Source: Hemiscyllium ocellatum
Lineage: Eukaryota
Length of the DNA: 64,000 nucleotides
Assembly (NCBI RefSeq): GCF_020745735.1
Contig: NC_083402.1
Location: forward strand, 113,356,213-113,420,212
Reading direction: 5' to 3'
The notes beneath the pieces are model-generated. The model made no database searches and was not told the origin of the DNA. It saw nothing but the letters and a program-made list of their open reading frames with translations. Every line of letters starts with the position of its first letter. The first letter of the stretch is position 1. This document shows, piece after piece, positions 1 through 10,979 of the stretch. A program made the translations under genes and the position numbers.

Positions 1-805
1 CTTTTAGCCCGCTTGGTTCCTCGTTTAAGACTTGTCCTACTCTTGCAATATTCCTCCAGGGCCCGTTCTGTTCTTAGCTTCCTAGACCTTATGTATGCTT
101 TCCTTTTCCTCTTGGCTAGTTGTACAATTTCTCCTGTCATCTACGGTTCACGAATCTTGCCCTTCCTATCCTTTGCCTTCAACGGGACATGCTTATCCTG
201 CACTATCTTTAACCTATCTTTGAAAGCCTCCCACATTTCAAATGTAGACTTCCCATCAAATAACTGTGTCCAATCCACATTTCCCAGCTCCTGTCTAATT
301 TTGATATAATTGGCCTTGGTCCAGTTTAGTATTCTTCCCTTAGGATCACTCTCTTTCTTTATCTACTTACAGAATTGTGGTCACTGTTCCCAAAGAAATC
401 CCCCTTCTACCACAACTTCTACCACCTGTCCTGGCTCATTCCCCGGTACCAGGTCCAATTGCCCCCTTCCCTTGTCCGATTGTTGACATACTGCTCTAGA
501 AAACTCTCCTGGAAGCTTCTTACAAATTCTACCCCATCCACACCTTTGACGTTAAGTGTATCCCAGTCAATGTTGGGAAAATTAAAATCTCCCATCACTA
601 CTATTCTATTGAGTCTACATCTTTCCATAATCTGTTTACCTATTTGTTTTACTGCCTTACGCTCACTGTTGGGAGGCCTGTAATACAGCCCCAACAATGT
701 AACTGCATCTTTCTTATTTCTCAGCTCCACCCACAATGCCTCACCACCCAAGACCTCCATAGTGTGCTCCTTTAACACAGCCGTGATATTGTCCTTGACC
801 AGCAA
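1..805 (-). mobile_element. CR1-clade LINE fragment (ORF2 APE endonuclease and linker), runs off the window edge
   Basis: Minus ORF 419..859 has ALWVELRNKK..LLGLYYRPPNS..IVVMGDFNFPNIDW, typical CR1 endonuclease motifs. Confidence 0.9.
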
Positions 806-919
806 ATTGGACTTTTGAATGGGCACTGGATAATATCTGTGAGAAAGGAGATTGAGCATTTTATGATATACCGGTGACTATGCATGATTTTATCAGCAGT
901 TAGGTAGGAAATAGCAAAC

Positions 920-1078
920 AAAAAGCAAAGAACTGTGAATGCTGAAAATCTGAGAAGCAGAAATTACTGGAGAAACTTCAGTCCTGAAAAAGCGTTACAG
1001 AGCTTGAAATGCTTGAATGCTTTCCCTCCCCAGATTGCTGCCAGACCTGCTGAGTTTCTCCAGCAATTTTTTTTGTTA
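920..1078. mobile_element. Decayed Penelope terminal (pLTR) remnant
   Basis: gctgccagacctgctgagtttctccagcaatttt with an inverted partial copy upstream, matching the other Penelope termini in the window. Confidence 0.6.
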
Positions 1079-3264
1079 CAGCTAGGAAATAAAATTGCAT
1101 GAAGGGAATCTGCAATAGATGGATTGTGTTTGATACTTTGGAAATTTATATAGTTGCATTTGCATATGATACCATTTGGTATAATATGATTTTCTTCAAA
1201 TTAATTAGCCGTGTGTAGTTTCTGTATTGAATCTGAGCAAGTATTATTGTTACATTGTATACAGTTTTATAAGTTAGTGTAATCACTTGATCATGAATTA
1301 AAGCAGATCAATTTAATAGATTGCAGAGGCTAGCCAATATAAATTATGAGCATCTTTAACAAAGCAGATACTAATGTTTGCAAACCAGTAGCTTCTACAT
1401 CTTAGGACTTGGGTCATTTGCACTTGCTACACTACACCAATGTCAAGTAACTAGGATTCATAGAATCAAAAAATCCTACAGCACAGATGGAAGACAATGG
1501 AGATGGAGGCCAATGTGACTACATTGGTTTCATCAAAGGGTTATCCAATTAATCCCACTCCCTATTTTTGGCCCATGACACACATTGACTCACTGTTGAA
1601 GCACAACTCCAAAGATGTGAGTCACTTTCAGGCTCTATACCCTAACAGAGTGATTCTTCATAATGAAGTAAAGGTGCCATGCATATACTAATGTAGCCAG
1701 TAATGCTACCTGGCAGTGACAGAATGTGCTGGAGGAGGTGACCTCACATCTGGCAATTACATCACTGTGTTCCATGTGTGGTAAAGCCACTATAAATGCA
1801 TGCACTGCTGCTAACGGGCCAGGGATGTTAGGCAGGGGAGGAGGGAGGCCAGCGGTTAGACGGTGGAGGAGATGCCAATTTTATCTCTAGCCACCTTACC
1901 CCCATATCTGGATGGGGTTTGGGGATGAACCAGAATCAACAGATTGTGGAAGGGTCTGCAGCTAGACCTGCTCTTTCCACCTCTCTCTGAACCCCATAAA
2001 TCACCATAAAGGCAGTTATTCATAAGACATTTTTGGCAGCATCTGACAACACTAATTCCTTCTATTGTTTCCTTGATGTCAGGCCGTGAATAATGACATT
2101 CAGGCTCTTTATGGCACCTGGTGGTATATTCACAAGGAATGTGACTGTACCTTAAAAGACAGTTTTGTATGTGTGAGTATTGACTCAAAGAATGGGACTT
2201 TTGAGGAATCAGGTGACTTCAGAGACATTTCAAAATTGCAGGTGGGACCTGGTTATGGAAATCTTACCCATATTTCGAATGTATCCCATTGATGTCGGCA
2301 ATCCAAAGAACACGGGATGTAAATCATGTGGGTGATACATCTGAACTCAGCAGGGCCATTAAGCTTAATACTGAGTTTAAAAAGATCTCCTTTTCACTGT
2401 TCCAAGGTCTGCAGTGTAGGAACCACAAACTTATGGAGTAGGTAAAACTTCTCTTCAGTGATTGATGAAATATAATTAAGTGTCTTGATCTGAAGTAAAT
2501 TAGATCACTGACTCATTAAATATAACAAAATAACAGTTTGTTAGATTGAAAAAAAAACAGACAAAGATCGCTACAGTTAATTGATTAGCCATCTGAAGCA
2601 TTGTTGGGGACTTTTCCCAAGAGTTCATATTACACAGCATTCAATGATGAATGCTTGGCTGAGTTTCAAGAGCTCCAAAAGTACTTAGCTTGGGAGGGAA
2701 CAAGGTTCACATTTCAATTGATTGTTTAATAATCTTTTAAAACTGCCAGTTGTCTTTAATCTGTTTAGTGAATAGAAGATAGTTTTTTTCTTTAACCATC
2801 AGATGACAGTCTGAGGAACATAATTTTTAACGAGTTTAATGATTTTTTTTTCTTTTCTATATCAAGATTCTGGAGTGATCATTCTCTCAGGAGAACTTAT
2901 CACCTAACAATTTACAGCCACATGGCTCTTGAATTCTTCCCATAATTAATTCTGGGTGGGTGACTATTGACACAGCTTGGAGGCAACATGGAGATCTGAG
3001 AAGACTTGGAGGTGTGAAGGGCATGGAGACTTTATGGGGACTACATGGTGTTTGAGACTTTCATAGAACTGGGCCAAAATGTCTTAATTGAAGTGGGCCT
3101 TCTAACCAAACTTCCTCAGCACTCATCTAGCACCACATCCATGTCTGAACTGCCTCTGGAGGTAGATGGCCTGACTCCAGCATGCTTCCACCTGGCTAGA
3201 ATGAAGATATCGCAGATGTGGCCCACTTGTCAAAGGCAGCTCGAGCTTCAGCTTGAGTCTGAAT

Positions 3265-3635
3265 TTTAGCTCAGTGGTAATTCTGTTGCTTCTGAATTAA
3301 AACAGATATAGCTATAACATTCTTGATAATAGTGCAGTGCCTGAGGGTGTCCAGGAGTTTACAAAGTCTTTTTTGAGGGCTAGTTTAAAATCCTACCTGC
3401 TGTCAAATGTGGACACAAAAATCTCAGGTGCTATGTTGAGGATATTTAATAGAAACAATATTTATCTCTCAACACACATCACAAAAGCAGATAATCTGGT
3501 TATTATCACATTGTTGTTTGTGTGACTTCGTGCAAATTGGCTCCCGTGTTTCCTTCGGTGCAGCATGCACATTGAAAGAATTTGATGGACAATAAACAGC
3601 TTGAATTGTCCTGAGATCATAGGGGAGCCTTTCTT
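3265..3635 (+). mobile_element. Deu-domain SINE (SacSINE1/AmnSINE-like), decayed
   Basis: tRNA-like head gctcagtggta; body caatatttatctctcaac...agcagataatctggttattatcacattgttgtttgtg...tgcaaattggctcccgtgtttcc; similar to 5555-5832, 22850-23200 and 56390-56810. Confidence 0.65.
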
Positions 3636-4321
3636 TCATTGCCTTAAGGAGCCATCACATACAAATCTGATTCTGCTCTTGATGAACACCCACGCATGTA
3701 GGCATGTAACAGGAATCGCTGAGCAGTTATCATCAATTGCATAGTGGGAATTCAGGCTTATATTCCACCCTTGACCTGAGGATACTGAATTCGGCAATAA
3801 TATAACATCAAAAGCAAACTGTTTTAGAGAGTGGAAATCTAAAATAAAAGCAGAAAGTGGAATCTGCAATGAAAGTTAACTTTTTCGGTCGATTATTTTT
3901 CACTAGAATTGTAAAATGTTTTAAGTAAGTACAGAGAAAGTTTAAGATAGATGGTGAAAGGATGAGAGTGGAGGAAGAAATGAACAAAAATAGAAGAAGT
4001 GGGAGACCAGGAAAGATTAATTGCCCCATTTTCCCCTCCTGGATATGATAAGGTAGGTGAATAATTGGGCAGGTTGTCCCAGAGAAATACAGACCTGCTT
4101 CTCAACATTTCCTCAATTAAATACTGGATGAGTTGGACCATTTGGAAAATTCTCAAATTGTCTGCAGTTAATGCCCTTAACTGCTCTACTTATTGTCATT
4201 TGAGGGATTCAACTCACCATCTTTCTAATTACCAAAGCTTGAAATAGTCAGAGGTGTAAGGAAAGAGGACAAGTGGATTACTTCTGAAATCTATGCTCTG
4301 CCTTCCCCTAACATCTTCTTC

Positions 4322-5380
4322 CCATGACAGTCATGGAGATGCACCACACAGAAACAGACTCTTTGGTCCAACTTGTCCATGCCAACCAGATATCATAAAT
4401 TAATCTAGTCCCATTTGCCAGCACTTGGCCCATTTCCCTCTAAACTCTTCATATGCCCATCCAGATACCTTTTAAATTTGTGATTGTGTCTATCTTCACC
4501 ACTCTGGCAGCTCATTCCATACATGCACCACCCTTTGTGTGAAAAAGGTGTCCCTTAGGTCCCTTTGGAATTCTTCCCCTCTCACCCTAAACCTATGCCC
4601 TCTAGTTCTGGGCTCCTCACCCCCGGGAAAAGACCTTGTCTATTTATTCTATCCATGCCCCTCATGATTTTATAAACCTCTTTCAGGTCAACCTTAGCCT
4701 CTGACGCTCTAAAGGTTGAGGTTACAGCCCCAGCCTGTCCAGCCTCTCCCTATGCCTCAAATCTTTCAACCCTGACAACATCCTTCTAAATCTTTTCTGA
4801 ACTCTTTCAAGTTTCACAACATCCTTCCAAAAGTAGGGAGACCAGAATTGCAAAGAGTATTCCAAAAGTGGCCTAATCAATGTTGTACAGCTACAACATG
4901 ACCTCCTAACTCATATACTAACTGTTCTGACCTTTACAGGAAAGCATACTCAACACCTTCTTCACTATCCTACCTACCTGTGACTCCACTTTGAAGGAAC
5001 TATGAACCTGCACTCCAAGGTTGCTTTGTTCAGCGACGCTCCCCAGGACCTTAGCATAAAGTGTATAAGTCCTGCCCTGATTTGCCTTTTCAACATGCAG
5101 CACCTCACATTTATCTAAATTAAACTCCACCTGCCACTCCTCAGCCCATTGGCCCATCTGATCAAGATCCTGTTGTAACCTTCTTTGCTGTTCACTACAT
5201 CTCCAATTTTCGTGTCAACTGCAAGCTTACAAATTAAATGGTCACTTATGTTCAAATCCAAATCAATTATATATAAAAATAGAAAAGCAGTGGACTCAGC
5301 ATTGATCCTTGCAGCACACCACTAGTTACAGGTCTCCAGTCTGAAAAGCAACCCTCCACCGCCACCTTCTGTCTTCTATC
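4322..5380 (-). mobile_element. CR1 LINE 3' fragment
   Basis: ORF 4918..5157 WAEEWQVEFNLDKCEVLH..LGVQVHSSFKVESQV; its 3' UTR matches the copy at 10980-13385. Confidence 0.9.
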
Positions 5381-5399
5381 TTGTGGCAGTGACCAGGTA

Positions 5400-5540
5400 T
5401 AAGCCCTTCATCCTGATGAAGGGCTGATGCCCGAAACGTCAAATTTCCTATTCCTTGGATGCTGCCTAACCTGCTGTGCTTTAACCAGCAACACATTTTC
5501 AACTGTGATCTCCAGCATCTGCAGACCTCATTTTTTACCC
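5400..5540 (+). mobile_element. Short Penelope-derived insertion with hammerhead motif and 14-bp TSD
   Basis: Perfect TSD GCAGTGACCAGGTA at 5386-5399 and 5541-5554; CTGATGA-A-GGGC-TGAT-GCCC-GAAAC-GTC at 5413-5440; 3' end nearly identical to that of the element at 23393. Confidence 0.9.
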
Positions 5541-5554
5541 GCAGTGACCAGGTA

Positions 5555-5832
5555 ATCTGTTTTTGAGATATATGTTGAAGGATACATATTGATGAAGAAA
5601 CCAAGAAGAGCTCCTTCTCTTTCAAAATAGCGCCGTGGGATCCTATGTAGCCATCTGAGAAAGCAGACAGTCTCAGAGTAATGTTACATCCAAACGATGA
5701 CAACTGCAACAGCGTAGCACTTTTTTCTACACTGCACTGAAGTAGCAACTTTGACTTTTACACTGGTGTGGGATTTGAACCGACAATCTTAACACTCGGC
5801 ACTGAAAGTGCTAAAATCTGAATTACGGCTGA
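5555..5832 (-). mobile_element. Deu-domain SINE, decayed
   Basis: Reverse complement of the Deu body, plus B-box-like ggttcaaatcccac (gtgggatttgaacc on +). Confidence 0.65.
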
Positions 5833-6289
5833 TTGAGAATATGTAAAATCTCACCTCTGCGCTTCAGAGATTGGCTGCTTCTGCATTGATTAATATCTGA
5901 GCATTTTAATAAGGCCATTCTTTCATAATCACTCCCACCCCTTCAATAGCCTGTATCAAGTGTCAAAAATCAAGTTTGTTTTTGATTTAAGGTAATGTAA
6001 GGTAAATGTTAACAATATGTTGCAATTTCCACAGCAACTGGGACAGCTGGCCAAATTCAACTTTAGTTTGCTTGCAGAAACAGTTTATTAACCTGAGGTG
6101 AACTTTCTTTGGTCAGAATTGACTTTTTGGGGGGGCACTGACAGAAGTACACTAAGAAATAAGACAGAAATGGTTGGATTGATTGAACTCTGGCCTTGAA
6201 ATTAGGTTAACCAACATGCATTTTCAAAGCAAACAAGACCTCCCCCACACTTCAAGGGGGAGGTATCAGCTTTGTGATTCTCCAAAGCA

Positions 6290-6600
6290 TAGAATATAAC
6301 ACTCCAAGATACATTAAAACACTCAACAGCCTTTTAATTTTGAAGAGTTACTAGTATTGTTATGCAGAGAACCGCGGCAACCAGTTAGCATGTAGCAGAA
6401 TCTCAAAAATAACAATGATATGAATCATCAGTAAATGTGTTCTAATTATGTTGGATGAGGATGAAATATTGCCTGTACTGAAAGTCTGTTTTGATGGATA
6501 CAATGGGACCTTCTACGTCGAACTGAACATCAGTTAAAGATGAAAACTTCACCATGGCAGCATTCTGTCAGTACTGCACTATTTTGTGTTCATGAGTCTG
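6290..6600 (-). mobile_element. Deu-domain SINE, strongly decayed
   Basis: Patchy similarity to 5555-5832 and 22850-23200. Confidence 0.45.
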
Positions 6601-6699
6601 CTTTATCGATGTGGTTGAGAAACAAATACTGGCCGATTCAGATGCTCCCCCTCTTTGCTTTGAACAATGAAGTAGAACCTTGGATGTCTACTCAAGCAG

Positions 6700-8030
6700 G
6701 AGCAAGGGATTTGTTTTAACTGCTGCTGTCATTGTATGTCATGCTTGTCAGTCTTACACCATCCTCATATCCACTATACTTTCTTTGCAACTTCTTTGTG
6801 AGACCCATCATCCAACTACACCATGGTTGACCCCACTTTTTGCTGTACTCCACTTTGGCCTTTACAGGAGATCTTTATAGGTTTTTGCTGTGATCAAATG
6901 GCTGCAATGCTGGCATTTTCTTCTCTGGATGTCTGTTTTTAAGAGTTATTTTTGCTTCTGCAATTTTACGACCACTTCAATTATCCGATGGTCTCTATAT
7001 GAGTTTGCAAGAATGTCTTAGTATCCACATTTCTTACATAGATCTTTACTCAGTGTGAGGTGATGCATAATAACAGAAGGATTTACACAATGAATGGTTG
7101 GATCCTAGGGAGTATTTAGGAACAAAGTGACCTTGGTGTATAGGTCCATAGACCCCCGAAGGTGTCAGCGCAGGTTTATAGACCTTCATTAGCTGTAGCA
7201 TAGAAAATAGGAACAGGGAAGTCTTTTTGCAACTTTATCGAACATTGGTTAGGCTACAAATGCAGTTCTGGTTGCCACTCTATTGGAAGGACATGGAGAG
7301 GGTGCGGGAGAGATTCACTGGCATGTGACCTGGAATGGGAAGTCTCAGTTATGAGGAGAGACTGGATAGATTGGGTTTGATTTCCCTGGAGCAGAGGAGG
7401 CTGAAGGGTGGGGAATCAGATTGAAGTCTACAAAATTATGAGAGACACTTATGGGGTTATCTGTAAGGATCTTTTTCCTCTGGCACTTATATCTAAGACC
7501 AGAGCACATATATTTAAGGTGAAGATAAAGTAATTTATAGGAAATCTGAGGAAACATTCACTTAGAGAATGGTAGAAATATGGAATGTTGCAGCTTGAGA
7601 GGCAAGTACTCTTACAACATCTAAGAAGCATCTGGACAAGCATTTAAAATGACAAGGCATAGTAGTAAATGGGATTGGTCTAGTTTGGTGATTGTTTGTT
7701 GGCATAGGCATAATGGGCCAAATGATTTGTGCTATATGATTCGATGACTCACTGTTCTTTAATTTTTGAAGCACACAGGCAAATGAATGGAATGTAGCAT
7801 CATATGAGTGTTTTCCTTATTATAATCTTGAATTTTCTTATTAATATGCTCTTTATTCTCACAAATATTTGTGTTTTTTTCCATCCTTTTGATTTTGGCA
7901 TTGCACCTACCATATTTTGTCATAATTTTTTCATAGTAAACTAACTGATGTATTCGCTCCAGTACGATAGCTTCCATTTCAATCTTTAGTACATTCTAAT
8001 GTATTCCTTCTGACTACCATTGTTATTGTC
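6700..8030 (-). mobile_element. Old RTE-clade LINE 3' fragment, interrupted by a CR1
   Basis: Minus-strand remnants GRCNAKIKR, RKTLI*CYI, MWILR and KVE...QPWCSWM resemble the RTE RT C-terminal region; many stops and frameshifts. Confidence 0.45.
7040..7752 (+). mobile_element. CR1 LINE 3' fragment
   Basis: cagttctggttgccactctattggaaggacatg...ttttccctggagcagaggaggctga (QFW.P..RKD / FSLE.RRL). Confidence 0.8.
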
Positions 8031-8749
8031 TTATGGTATTTTAGAAAAAGATGATATTTCTAACAGTGTAGCATTCCCGCAAGACTTTGAGAAAATGCAA
8101 ACCCAGATTACATGCTTAGCTACCTGGAATTGGTTTTGAACTCATGACCTTCTAACTCAAAAATAAGAATTCTACCACAACACCATGGTAGATAATTGGA
8201 GCCAGTGCAAATGCATCCTGTCCCAAGGCACTTTTTTCAGTGACTAGAGTTTGGCATAGATCATTAATGGTAAACACTGCATTAAATTGTCTGGTGGAAA
8301 ACTGTAAAAATGGTTGCATTAAAACAGAATCAAATTTTACAGTTTTTGATGTTTTCAGCTTTTATTGGCTTTAAATCTAGTGTGTGTGTTTTGATGTTAG
8401 TTATTGAGAATTGTCATCTCTTAGTGACCTATCCATTTCTCATAGCCTTCTGTGACATCATCCAAAACCGCAAATGTCAGGTTCCACATATATACATAAC
8501 AAGCAGCTCTGCCTCATCATTACCTCTCTTCTCTTGACTGTTATACTATCTCTAAGTAGTCAGACTGGTTGTTTGATATCTAGCTCTGGATAAGCATAAA
8601 CGACCTCTTCTTGATATTAATACAGCAGAGTTTTCAGTCCCCATTTCTGAGTCACAAACTCCATCCAGCTTTTTTGTAATTGTCTGATGCTGAAGGAGAC
8701 ACTTTGCAACTTCAGTACAATATTTCATTCTTGGGTCAGTGAATAAGCA

Positions 8750-9880
8750 CATATGCATCATGTTGCAAATCTGCCAAATTCTAAATCCATTTCATTACCG
8801 AACTCTGTCCATGACTCAGTCATTTGAAGCCCTTGTCTGTGTCTTTGTTACTGTGATTGTATTGTGCCTTTAAGACAGATTTGTTGTGTGCTGTTTTTTT
8901 GCAGAAAGGTATTGCTGCTGGTGATTAAATGTTTGCTTCAGAAGCACTGAGTAAACAGCTTTGAGCTTTCTGTGTTTTGTTTAAGTAAATTAAGGAAGCA
9001 TGAGTGGGTGGAGTTAGGCTATCTCAGACTCAGGGTTTTAATTGTGCTTTCAGTTGGTGTTTGGAGTTTTCGATTGAAGCTGATAGGTACAGCTCTGTCT
9101 CTCCACTGCACCATAAACACTGAGTTCTCTCCCTCTGCTACTAGATTATATCTTTTGGTCTACCTTTGTCCTTGACTGGAAGGGAGTTGGCGCATAAGGA
9201 CAATCTGTTTTACTGAATTTATCTTTATGGGATGCTGCTGTTTTGGAACAAATGATAATTCATTGTTAAAAAGTATATTATTTTATTAAATATCTCAATA
9301 GAGTTAAAGTTATGTCAGTTTGTAATTTTTGTTTATATTCTAATTGTGTTGGAAGAATGAAGTGTGCTTTGCTTAAAACCTAGTGGTGGACTAATGGAAT
9401 CATACTGGGAGACAGGATCTTTTACCTAGCCTAGAGACCGTCTTTTTATTTTATTTAAAAATATCTCCTTGCTTGATATATTTTGAGGATGGTTAGTCTG
9501 ATCCATAACAGTTACCTTGAGAATTAACAATTCTAAAAATCCTGTAGCAGGCCTCCCATTTTCAATCTTGCATAATCTGACCCCATCGTAAACTCTACTG
9601 CCAAATTCTAACTAGCACCAAGTCCCTTCTATTCACTGACCTACATTGCCTCCCAGTCCAGTAATGCCTCACTTTCAAGTCTCTCCTTGGCCTTGCTCAT
9701 CCCTATCCCTGGGATTTTCAGGTGCTCCACAAACGTTCTGAAATCTGCACGCCTCTCCAATTCTAGCCTCTTGTTTTTGTTTCCCTATTTTGACACACAT
9801 TTATCTCACTGTTGTAATCTCTCCTTATAGGTTGTGTCAAATTTAGACTGTGAACATTACTGTGATGTGACTGAAGGGGA
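8750..9880 (+). mobile_element. Old L2/CR1-like LINE 3' fragment interrupted by a solo LTR
   Basis: gaagcccttgtctgtgtctttgttac|cttgagaattaacaattct..gcaggcctccc rejoins across the LTR; ctgacctacattgcctcccagtcc resembles the LHWLPV motif. Confidence 0.5.
8852..9510 (+). mobile_element. Solo LTR (TG...CA) with 5-bp TSD
   Basis: Starts TGTGA and ends CCATAACA; GTTAC at 8847-8851 and 9511-9515; related in reverse orientation to 37105-37719 and 9996-10140. Confidence 0.75.
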
Positions 9881-10329
9881 CTTAGTGCAGGTTAGAATAT
9901 GGGCAGCCAAGTTTCGCATGAACTCCAGTTTTACAAGATCAAAATAGGAATTCTGTCACACGATAATTAATATTGCTAATTGTTGCGGGAACTAATATAG
10001 ACCAAACAAAACCCCCTTAAAATATATCAGTGAGATAGCCTAGACCATAACTTATTACTTTATTTGAAGTTAAGTGTCAGACACTGTGTTCCAGTGTGGT
10101 TCAATTGGTCCACCATTAGGATTTAAGGGATGTTTTATAAAGATAAAAGTACTAATGAATACAAGTTCCCATTAATAACTGCAAATGTAAATATTTATTA
10201 AAAGGAATGCATTTTTCTTTGTTTGCATGCAACTTATTTTTGATAAAAGCTTCATGTCTTCAATTATATTAAATACAATGGTAATCACTACTGGTTGTTG
10301 CATCATTTAACAGTGTCAAGCAAAAATAG

Positions 10330-10970
10330 AAATTTTGACGATGAAACCATTCATGCTTTTACAAGGAACACAATGTGATTTGTGGTGTCCCATAAGGAAC
10401 TGTGTTAGGGCCTTAATTAATTGCATTATTTATTAGCAACTTAATGGCATACAAAGTCATATAGGCAAATTTGCTGATGACATCAATGTTGGGCAGGATT
10501 ATGGGCAGCATAGAGATTAGCATAAAATGACAAAGGAATATTGGGAGTCTAGGTGAATGAGCAAAACTGTGTCAAATGGATTTTAATATAAGCAGGAATG
10601 AGGTCATCCATTTTGGACTGAAAGAGGATAGATCAGGGCACTTTCCAGATGGTATGAAATTAAATACAAAGGTTATCTAAAGAGACTTGGGGTTCAAGTG
10701 CAAAGATCTTAAAAATATCATGAACAAGAGCAGAAAATAATTGAGAAGGCTAATGGAATGCTGGTCTTTATATCAAGAGGACTGGATTATCAGGATGCAG
10801 AGGTTATGCTGCCATTATACAACATCTGGATAGACCTCATTTGGTGCTCTATGAACAGGTCTGGGCACAGTACTTTTAGGAATGATATGTTGGCCTTGAA
10901 GGGAGTACAACATAACTTAAAATAATGATGCTGGACTTCAGGGTTATGAAGCTAGATTATAGAAATTATC
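10330..10970 (+). mobile_element. CR1 LINE fragment (RT C-terminal part); probably continues at about 13590-13860
   Basis: gtggtgtcccataaggaactgtgttagggcc (GVPxGTVLGP) and aaatttgctgatgac (KFADD). Confidence 0.75.
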
Positions 10971-10979
10971 CTGTCATAC

